Of a stretch of 64,000 nt of DNA, positions 53,193 through 64,000 are shown one piece after another. This DNA is from Lingula anatina (taxonomy: Eukaryota; Animalia; Brachiopoda). The stretch covers positions 19,172,567 through 19,236,566 of the forward strand of contig CM120649.1 of the NCBI GenBank assembly GCA_051362555.1, read 5' to 3'. Each line of letters begins with the position of its first letter. Position 1 is the first letter of the stretch. Under the pieces are notes generated by a model. It was not told where the DNA came from. It saw nothing but the letters and a program-made list of their open reading frames with translations, and did not search any database. Made by a program: the position numbers and the translations under genes.

Positions 53193-53318
53193 CAGGTAAC
53201 GCCACATCTCAGGTAACGCCACATCTCAGGTAACGCCATATCTCAGGTAGCGCCACATCTCAGGTAACGCCACATCTCAGGTAGCGCCATATCTCAGGTA
53301 GCGCCATATCTCAGGTAG
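53193..53318 (+). repeat. 17-bp minisatellite (CAGGTARCGCCAYATCT) x7 plus a partial unit
   Basis: Units start at 53193, 53210, 53227, 53244, 53261, 53278 and 53295; partial unit at 53312. Confidence 0.97.
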
Positions 53319-54442
53319 AGGACGTCTCAGGGCTCAGTTCTTCATGCCTTCCTAGGATATAACATAACGTACCACGACTGGAATTGCATAGATATAATTT
53401 TTCGTTGATAGCTTCACTGTTTTGCAGTTCAACAAATTGCTGGTTTAGTGTTCTTTTGTAAAAAAAGTTTTTCTTCTCTTTTAAAGTTTTAAGTAAAATG
53501 CCCAACCTGTGCCTCAGGAAGAACAGGGGCATATTTCCATCTTGGGCAATATTGAGATAAAAAATAACCACTTTGATAAATTGTAAACCAATCTTGTCTC
53601 AGGTAGAATTTGTGCTGTTCTGTTTGTTTCATTTGTGACGAATTAATAGCTAAAATAGATGCCATTTTATTTCACCATTTTCATATCGAAGGGCAAATAT
53701 AAAACCCATGTGTCATTTTAGAGGAATGTTCACAAGGTATCTTTACGAGTAAATTTCTTTAGTAGAATTTTTTTCATATTTTCTCTCGTGTTCCCAGGCC
53801 TCATCCTTTTGAAAATATGTTCTCATCGATCATTTCTGAGGCGTATGTTGAAGTAGTCCCATAGATCATATCAACGGGGAAGATGGGGCGGAAACAGGCC
53901 CTTGATCAGCGCGGGAAACACAGGACCAGAAAAAACTCGGGGTCAGTTGACTATTGTTTTACACTTGATGGTTGAGATTAAAAATCTCCCACACTAAGAC
54001 GGTTGTGTTCTTCTCTTTTTTTATTTCTATTGTTCTAAAAGTTGTGGCGATGGCGGTACCCCGCGGTTTTATGGCATTTTTTCTATTGTTTTGGTGCAGT
54101 TTAATAGATGTATAAATTAACGGAATGGCCTCCCCCTCCCTCCCACGAATTGCCGTCCGACTGTGTTTCTGTCTTCCTTGTGTTAAAATGGAGTTTTTAT
54201 CATATTTTGTCTTCTGGTCTGTGTGATATCTTGAAAAAGATACCAAAGACTGCAGTGGTTTTCAGTAGATTTATATTACGTCTTGGAGTGCAAAACGCCT
54301 CCGCTGAACTGTTAATCTATCTTTAATATATCTGTCTAAGTTACCAGATATGACTAGGATATATTTTGTAGCCCTTTTTGATGTTTAACTCTCTCTCTGT
54401 ATATCTGTCCTGTCCTATCTGTAAAAATTCACATCTCTCACT

Positions 54443-54475
<33 letters not shown>

Positions 54476-57400
54476 TACACTCACATCTCTAACCTCACTA
54501 ATCGTAGTTCGATTCACATTGATATTACACCACGGGGGTCACACCAGTGAAGGCACGGGTGATTGCGCTCACTTCATCTCAGTCAAAACTTCAATGCAGA
54601 ACCACACCTTGACCCACGGGGTCCAACTGGGATCCTAGCGGGACTCGGGTCACTTCGAAGAGAACGCCACACTTTAGGCCAGCGGTTGCTTACTATCTCG
54701 TCTAAACCCTCGTCCAAACATTTATCACAAAGTTTCATTATCTTTGGTGTTGTGGGCTGCTATCAAAAGTTGCAACTGGTCTTGTCTCAAAGAGGACATT
54801 GTGTCCGCCCTGTAGGTGCCTGCTGGAGATTTCTTCGTCTCGAGACTGGTCGTGTTGATTAACAATGAGAAACTTACGCACGAGAGATATTGGTTTGTGA
54901 AAAAAAAGAGAATAATTATTTGTCGTTCATTAAGTGGACTTGCCTACGTAAAGTGTCGCTTGGTACAAGAGGTCCCCATTCAATGATTTCAGAATAGTTG
55001 GTAGTGCTGTTTATTTAACAATATGTTGCGAAGAAGCTCTTTTTCTCTTGCGATTTGTTGAATCATTTCTTTTCAAAATTCATACGTGTTATTTGAAGTG
55101 TTATGCACTGTATTCTTCAATTATGTATGTACGGACACATAAAAGGGTAAATGTTTGTTTGTTAGTTTCTGTGTATCAAATCCTTACTTGTATTATATTA
55201 ACCTTTCGTGAATTATTTTTAAGTCAACAAATTATCAAAAAGTATTATCCTTTCTTCTTAAAAGAAGATAATTAATAATCAATTTTTCTTTCACTATTTT
55301 CTTTTTTTCTGCATGTCATCTTTTCCATATCATGTCTGTTTTCGCCGGTAGCTTTCGTCCTGTCAAAGGTTGTCGCTGTGTCTTTTTTTTTCTCCTCCTC
55401 CTCCGTGCACGAGATAACCTCTCAATCTGCGCCTGGAGCTACAATCTGTAAAAAAACACGTCAAAATAAACTCAACTGCTTTAAATATTCTATCTTAGAA
55501 TGATTCCATCTCTAACACATATCTTCTTCTATTCCAAGTGCAGAGAGGTCAAACATGGTATTTTATTAGAATTGTATGCCAAAAGATAGAATAATGGCAT
55601 AACAATTACAAAAATATATTTGAAATAATTCCAATTTGGCAGTCGAATCGAATTATGAAAATAAAATATAAAAAATGCATTTTTCTTTTTCGACGAAATT
55701 AAAAATTGTTGACTTACAATGCAAAATATGGAAAAGTACCTCTACAAATGAAAAATTTTAATTAACAAATCAACGGACTTCAGTTTCTTCCACCCTCCAC
55801 TGAAAGAGGACGGAATTTTATATCTACAGGTGTTGAAGCAATAGGAAATCGATCGTAAACAGACACAGGCAAAAAATAATTACTATTTGCCATTAAACCC
55901 TTAAATATCAAATTAGTGGCATTGATCATAATTTACTGGGCGTCCCGCGGGGGTGAAATACGTCTTGTGCCTCCAATTAGACTGTTAAAAAGCTCCATTT
56001 TCAATGATGGGCACTTGTTTATCCCCAGTGAAGAAAGGCTATCAAAATTGTTGGCTGATCCTTGAAAATAATATAGCCGTTGTTTGTTTGTGTACAGTTC
56101 ATGTTATTTGTTATATTTAATTTCATTTATCAATATTTATATCATTTTTGCAAGTGTTTTTTATTTTGGTTTTGTTTTGTTTTTATTTCGCTTTTTTATT
56201 TTTGTTTTTACTTGTTTGTTTGGTTGTACTGTACAATTATTAATTTAACCATTGCTTGCTATGTTATCCATTTTTTTAATTAGTTTGTTTATTCTTCTGT
56301 CCAAGGCCCGGTCTGTTTATTCGATTATTTATATATTTATCTGTATCGGAAATAGAAGTCAATCACAAAACAATCAGCGGATATCTATAAATATAATTTC
56401 AGTCTAATGCAAAATTAAAAATAAAATAACATTCACAAAGACTGTCAGGAAATTTTAACTTCTAGCACGTTTCCTGTTTATGTGTCTAATACAGACAAAT
56501 AAATACAGGATAAAAGTGTTTACTGAGAACTGCTGAGCCCAGTGAAATAATTTCTCGTTTGTCCTCGCAGCAGCGAGACCGCTGTGACTTCTGCTCATTC
56601 CTCCGCCTCTCAGGACGCTCGTTTAAACGCTGTTGGAAGTTGTTTGGTAAATCCCCGTGAGTTTGTGTTCCCGCGTCTCTGAGCAATTCGTGATACTAAG
56701 TTGTTGTCATTCTGACGTTATTGAAGGGATAGAAACAATCGATGCCTTGTTTGAGTGTTAATTACTTTATAGAAGGCAGGTGAAACAATACGACACTTCA
56801 ACTTGAGACTTATAATTAGTAGAGGTTCTGTAGCTACGGCAAATAGTGCTTGCTGTGAAATGTATTTTTGTCAATTGCAAGTTGTAGATTTAGGAGAAAT
56901 GCCTCCGTTTTTATTCCCACTGTGGTAATAAATATGTTATTTGTTGTGTATCATAATACAACATTGCTGTATGGTGGTATGTTGGAGAAAATTATATTGG
57001 TGATTATTCTGTGCACAGGCATAATGCTTAAAATTTTTTTCTGAAATTAGCACGATTTCGGTTTAATATGCTATTGGGAAACAGAGTGCAAAGAATAGTT
57101 TTCACTTCCATATGACGGAAATTAAAAGTGGTAAATTTGTATGGGATGCAACTTCTTCGAAAATAATACGTCCATGGAAATGTATAAAGTCATTTATCTA
57201 TTTCAAAATGTCAAAGTGCAATTTTCATCGAATCTGCGTTATTTTCCCCGCCGACTTTATTCTGTTTCAAACTTAAAAACAAATAATCCTGTTTTCTGAT
57301 CCTCCTTTGACTTATTTTGGCAAATAAGTTTTGGTTTCAATATGGTTTTTGATATTTTTGTCTCTATTAGTTGTCACATAATATATGCAATGACGTGAAG

Positions 57401-60400
57401 AGAGGCCTGTCTTTGCGTGCCTCTTTTTTGTAGATCGCTTAACGTTCAGTGTAAAGGAAGACTATTTTGGCATTGTTATAAAACATATCAGCAATTCCAC
57501 TTAAATGTAGAAATATCTATCGCCGTAAACAAACAGAGAGAGAGAGAGAGAGAGTCCTGGGTTGGTAAAGTGTCTACAATTTCAAAATAACTCTGTTTAT
57601 TTCATTCTCTCAATTGCTACACACGAAATAAAATGAATTAAGTCCATTTTGATATTCACTGTCAACTTGTGAACAACCCCGTCGTATTTTTCGATAAAAA
57701 GACTGCCACATTCAGTGTAAAAACCCTGGCTCAGTGTATTCATAACATTATTCTAAGGACCGACAACATCGCAATATCAGAACATTGCCCGCGGCAAGCA
57801 AGGGACGCGCTAAGGTGCCCCCAGTGCGCTCTCAAAACCTTTCACACCGCTCTCTCTAGCCCTGTACTATTTCTGTGGTGTGGTGAACAAGGCCTCTTCA
57901 CGGCAGAACTCGACAAGTTTTATCTCACACAGCTCGCCACATGATCCTAGCGTGAGCCGCATGGACCAGCAGGTTTAGGATACTAAGTAAATCATATTGT
58001 ATGCTAAGAGAAAGGAAATACCTCCAACTCGAGTGCTTGACTCGGCTATTTTACTGACGCGCTCACTCTTTTAGTCCACTTAGTTCTGACGGTAAGATTT
58101 AGAGTTGCCGTTTAGGGCTAGGTTGCGGTTGTTTTGGCTGAAATTATCTTGCTTTTCTTTCTCCACACCCTCTCCTTTCAATTAGCTTTCTTCGTTCGTT
58201 TCTTCTTTCTTTCCATCACTTTGGCGCAACTAATAATATCTTTCCGGTATCAAGCTCCTAGGAGATTAATATTTTACTTCTCATGTCTTTTAAATGACTT
58301 AAATGGCTCTACTTAAAGTTGTATTCATGGTATTTTTATAAGTTCACTTCGTTATGTTTCACTTCATATTATCCTTTCATCATTTCACATACATGTACAA
58401 GCGTACTGTAGACAGCAGAATTCTGTATGTTGCCATTTTTGTTCTAACGGTAAAATAATTTTTGGTGCGTTTTATTTATTTATTTATTTATTTATTAAAT
58501 CTGTCTACATGAATATAGCATGACCTATACTTGTATTGTTTTACTACCACAATTTCGTATAATTTCTGCATGTAGATTTTTCTATCATTTTTCCATCCTG
58601 CCATTTGTAAAGATCTCCCGTCCATTAATGATTACATGACATAGATGTATCTTGGTGAATTTTCTCCTATTGTAACAATAGAAAAGTATTCCACTCCCAA
58701 AAAGATAAACTCTGGACAAGATCAAGAAAACGTTAAAATCAATGAAAACATGCACGGTTAGCGACGCCAGATTTACACGAGTGATGTAATGCAAGTTATT
58801 CCTCTTCAAACGTGCCAAGAAATGCACTTATTACATAAATCAATATGTCTGCTGTCTGCGAAAATTAGTCTTAATTCATGCGCCATTTATTCTCCTTTCT
58901 CTCTCTCGCTGTCAATTTTTATTGTCAATGTTTAAATGGTTAAATCACTTTCAACCAACTTATAAAACTTTGTTTTTATGTTAATTTACTGCTGTATTTT
59001 TTATCTACAGAATTATTTTATCAATTAATTCGCTAAATTCAATGCATCGATAAAATCAGAATACATTTCAAATTAACACAATGTTTTATCAGGAAAATGA
59101 TGTGACCAATCCAAATTTTCATTTGAGCAATTCATCCAGTACATGACTCAATTAACCTGGGCCTTTTTATATTTAATTTCTGCATCATGCTTACTCATAT
59201 TCCATTTGGTCTTCATTCAAAAATGAATTTCTTGATAGATATTAGTCTGTTTCTAGCAAGCCAGTGCGCTGAGGTCGCGTAGAATTAATATCCTACTGAG
59301 ATTATTGTATCAGCGACATCCGCAGAGCTCATTATCAAAACTATCCAAAAAGTCAAGTTTGAGCTAAACTCGAGTTCTCCGATCTCAACGGATAAAATTG
59401 TCCAATCAAGTGGTTTTGGGAGAGAAAGCAAATAAATAGACGACAATTCAGCGTAATAGTGAGTGGGACTTGAGAGATGTCAGGCCGCGTCTTGGAATAG
59501 TATCCTATTAACGCTTGGCTTTAGCCGCGTGTGAACGCTAGCGTTCTTGACAGTGACACGCACACACAAACTCTCCTTCCTTACACTCGCATTCTCCAAT
59601 TTTCCAATTCAACATTGGAAAAATCGAAGTAGGGCTTAATGCGAGAAATTGCGGCGTGTAATTCACCGGGCTGGTATTCAGTGAATAGAAATTATGTAGT
59701 AAAGAGATGGTTGACAATTCAGCCGAAAATCGCTGCGAATTAGGGCCGTAAGAAGCGCGGATTAGGAGCCGGGAACAATGGGCTTAACAGAGAATAACGG
59801 TTAGGGCGGGGAGAGGACTGCGTACACCGCACTCGCTGGCTAACTTCAACATTCACTCCTTATACATAGCCCCAGCAAAGTACAGCGGAGACTGTATTAT
59901 TGCGGTTTTCGCTGTATATAATAAACTGATCTATTGGGGTGTTTAACCTGTATGAGAAATCCCTTCTGCTTCAAGTACAAATTTGCTGTCTTTCTAATTC
60001 TCTTCTTCTGCGTGATCGGATATATTAAAACCGATTTTATGAAGTGAAATGATCATCATCATCATCGTTTCCTTAATCCCCCAAAATGCCAGGAGTTATT
60101 AAGGCCCGGTCATTAGACCTGTTACCGTATGCTTACAGTTAATTAGCTCTGGTCCAATTAGCGTCCGGTTAATTATGTCCAGGTTAAGTCTGGGACGTCA
60201 AAAGACTGGCAGGTACAGTTTGAACCTTCTTTTATTGTCCGAAATAAGACCGTTATTTTCCTATCAGCGCCTCACTTAAGGAACTGCCGTGAATTCGCCT
60301 GGGTTTTTGACCGGTGATTGTCTGGGTTTTGTGGAAAGCGTTAAAAACAAGGCGACACGTCGAGCCTCAGATGAGCGATGTGCGAAGGGACCAGTTTGTC

Positions 60401-61260
60401 CTCTGTAATTTGTAACTTGAACTTGGTGTACGTCACCCCAAGTGTCAAGATCGGTAGAAAGTAGTTGTTATGTCCCAACCAAACTGAGCTGGCTGTTGAT
60501 AATACTAACCAAACAAATGAAGTATCAACCATGTTTTATCTCTTGGTGTTTAGAAGAGTTTTACTTCGATGAAAGACATTTTAAGGTGTTGCTTTGACGA
60601 TAGGACAAATCATGTACTCCATTGTATTATGAAAAAATTAGCAATATTTTATTGAGATGTAAAGTATTGTGCTTATTTTATATTCTCAAGAAAACATAAA
60701 TTGAATTGAGAAATCAATATTTTTTTTCTATTTCGGCGTTTTTTAATTAAATTAGAATTAGGTTCCATGTCTGCTGTTAAACATTTCATAACAGTTTATT
60801 TAAAAAGATGAACATTATACATATATCATAAATTTCACAGAAAAATGTCATTTTGTAATTCTCTTTGTTAAACTATTTGTTGATAGAATAAATGTAACAA
60901 GCGTGATTAAAAAGTTAATTCAAAATCTTTACTAATTATTTCCAATAAAAAAAATTGAAAATGTATGCAATCTTCATGTTAAAAAAAATTATTGCCCTCT
61001 GACAAGGACTAAGATTAATTTGCCAATTTCACAAAATTAATTATGCAACCGTTTTTTACCCAACAGTTAAAATTTGTCATTGATCAATATAAAAATAAAA
61101 TAACTGGTAGATATTATTACCATTATCATAACAATAAATCATTAAAAATAAAGCTTATTCCTCTTCAAATCTTGCCATGAATACGCTTTCACACAGGACA
61201 AAAGGCGGTGTCGCTGGCACGGTGCGGGGGCGGCCATATTTTCAAACTGTCAAACCCAGC

Positions 61261-61262
<2 letters not shown>

Positions 61263-61299
<37 letters not shown>
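61263..61299. repeat. (GA)n microsatellite
   Basis: Direct reading. Confidence 0.95.
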
Positions 61300-61301
<2 letters not shown>

Positions 61302-64000
61302 AGTTAATGCCTTTTTTCCAATGTGCGGTATACCCCACAGCTCTAGGAGTTTTTTTACCACCAAACTAAAAAAACCTGAAATGTTATGATTTCAAATGAA
61401 TAATTGGCCTGTTTTCGAGGAAATAAACTAAGTGAGGATGAGAAATATTCATCGGTAATTTTGAACGATTTTACAGAAGTTATCAATTAGAGAGAGGCAG
61501 AGAGAGCAATGACCGGAGTCTGTCTTCACAGATGCAGACGTTTTTTGTGACGAGAGGCGATATTTGAAATTATTTACATTTAATAATTTTTTAAACCAAA
61601 ACATAGGAAACGGATAATCGGTGCAATAATTTCATTATAACTTGGCAAAGGGAAAAGTTGCAAAAAACGTGCATACAATTTGGAAAAACTATGAATTTTT
61701 GTTTTAGCGATTTTTATTCATTTAAGTTACTCTATGGGGTACAATTCTACAATTTTAAATAATTTCAATGTGCTTTTAAAAATTTTTATTACCAAATAAA
61801 AATAATGCTGTGACTCGATTTCTATTCTCGTAATACCGTCCCACGTTACTCAAAAACCTTAGATGCTTTGGATGAGTTACGCCTGAGGAATTCATACAGA
61901 ATTTTTCTGCATTGTTCTGTTTTTCATGAACCTGTTGTTATAAAATGATGGGTATGTACATGAATAAGTCATAAGTGCGCATTAATTACAATTTCAGACA
62001 AAACACTTTATCACATTAAGTAGAAAAGCCTTGCCGCTGTTTCCATGTCTAACCATGTACGTGTACTGTGGCAATCATTATTTAGATATTATTTCTTCAT
62101 TTTAAATAACATTTTTTAAAAAAATTATTCTTCATGAAACATTTGGTTATATGAATTTCAAGAGACTTCGAACGTCATAATATGGAAAAGTGGAAATAGC
62201 GATGGAATTTTTAACGTTTCCCAATTCTTTCCCAGGTTTTCTGAGATGCCAGGATGACCTGTTAGACGAACACATATCCCTAGGGCCAAGTGGTGCGGAC
62301 CTTAATGCATTCGAAACAGTAAGTCTTTATCCTGCGTTCTCAATCAATTTCAACCAAGATTTATTTTCCCGCGCAGCGTTGCTCGATTTCACATATGTCA
62401 CCTCAGCTATGGCACTAATGGAACCGCGCCGTTAATCATCCTCGACAGGGGCCCAACTTAAAAAAATATGGCCCGGACCTTTGTTGACTATGTTTGTCCA
62501 TTAACTGTTCTTATTTAGGGCCAGGTTTTAAAAAATCTTTCGTAAAACGCGTGTTTAGAATGCTGCCAAATGTTGGCATAGGTCTTATTTCACTAACTGA
62601 CACCGCACATCCAGTGAATGATGTGTTTATGGGTCTCCTCTCAGTAGAGAGTGCCCCGGGAGAGAAACCAGAGGAGCAGAAAGTGAGAAAAGGGCGGGAA
62701 AGCTCGAGTGAGCTCGCGCTGTCGATTTCACTGCATGTGAGTGTAATTGACAAGCCGATCAGTTTCATTTCTCAGTTGGTCAATGATATCGCTGCGCGGT
62801 CTATCCCCAGGCTTATTGCATACGGAGAAATTCGGTCGATAATTCTCTCACGCCGTGCGGAGGTAGTAGCAACAGAGTAAAAGAGAAATATACAAGTATA
62901 CAAATATCCACCCGGGACTCCATGCCAGCACACTGAGAGCCCGCAGAAAGAGAAATAATCTCACAGGCTGTCACTGCTACGTGAAATCTACAAGCTGGAC
63001 GAGCTCCAGAATTCTGTGGCAGAGATCGCATTAGTCTGTACGCCGTGGAAAAACACCATTAAGGACATCAAGCATTTTGACACCCGCGGAAGAATATTTT
63101 TTATAAGAAAACGTTTTCTACAATAGGAAAAACAACCGAATACAGCCCTGTGATATTTTGCATGTTTTATTGAACGTCTGAATTGTTAATCAATTATTTT
63201 TATTGATGGTGTAAAGTTTTCATTAATTTTTCCCGCCGGGTAGAATCAACATCTCCCGCGGAGGACGGGGCACTGCCGGCCATACAGTGCGGACAGATGA
63301 TAGCGACCTTAGGGTCAAACCGCACTCTCTGATAGATTTTACAGAGCTTGAGGCATCAAAATTATTTTCTTCTTTATCTGTATTCTTCTTGTACATTTAA
63401 CGGATGAGATCTGCCGTCGCCGCCTATAGAAAAAAATTCACAGGGTTTGAAAATGCAGAGAAGATTTAAACTTTCTTGATTTTTTGATAATAATAATGAC
63501 AACATTATTGTTATTATTATTATTTTTGATGATAATAATAATAACAATAATAATAATAATAATCTATTCATCTATAATTATGAACATATTTTGGATCCTT
63601 GGTATAGTTACGCACTTTTTAAATTTCCCAAAATAAAAAGTCCGTACATAAGGAACATTTGAGACTGCATTATACATACATCTATTCCTTACTGGGTACC
63701 TTATTTTAATTGATGTCCTTTGACACTCCCATTTGATCTCTTAAAGTTTAATAGACGATATGTTACACTTTTTGTTATTTTTTTGGCTTTGTTAGATGTT
63801 ATTTCACGTAACAAAGGAAGCGGCATTTCCACGAAATATTTATCGGGTAATGAAAAAATAATACCGCATCTATTAACATCCTGATAGCTTCTAGCTTTCT
63901 GTGCGGGGAACAACACCAGTTATAAGCTTAATTAAACCCTAAATTATTTTAAACCCAATTTCACCAAATTATTAAACTAAAACTTTTAAAAAATATTTCA

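Noticed and set aside
53193-53318. 17-bp repeat array as a CRISPR, or as a Zelda (CAGGTAG) site array
   Set aside because: No unique spacers, no cas genes and a eukaryotic context. Zelda is known from arthropods and nothing here supports that taxon.

Overview
Eukaryotic, AT-rich, intron-rich animal genomic DNA; the gene content and repeat types suggest a marine invertebrate, possibly a mollusc or other lophotrochozoan (inference). Most ORFs in the supplied track are spurious, so genes were rebuilt by hand from GT-AG exons with consistent phases. Two spliced + strand genes occupy the first 22.7 kb. (1) An animal heme peroxidase (peroxidase-cyclooxygenase superfamily, peroxinectin/chorion-peroxidase-like) has 13 visible exons at 2296-12270, about 830 codons, no identified first exon, intact catalytic motifs and an atypical C-terminal thrombospondin type-1 repeat. 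(2) A complete 8-exon, 529-aa gene at 14995-22399 encodes signal peptide + putative lysozyme/transglycosylase-like domain apparently lacking its catalytic Glu + vWA domain with intact MIDAS + beta-rich domain + GPI-anchor-like tail. The remaining ~41 kb has no recognisable host protein-coding exon. It contains a decayed LINE 3' end, microsatellites, a 17-bp minisatellite and several CpG-rich, motif-dense islands that look like developmental enhancers. The clearest are a cluster of Smad composite BMP-response elements at 24.1-24.3 kb and a perfect RFX X-box at 29.2 kb. No rRNA, tRNA, CRISPR or convincing miRNA was found.
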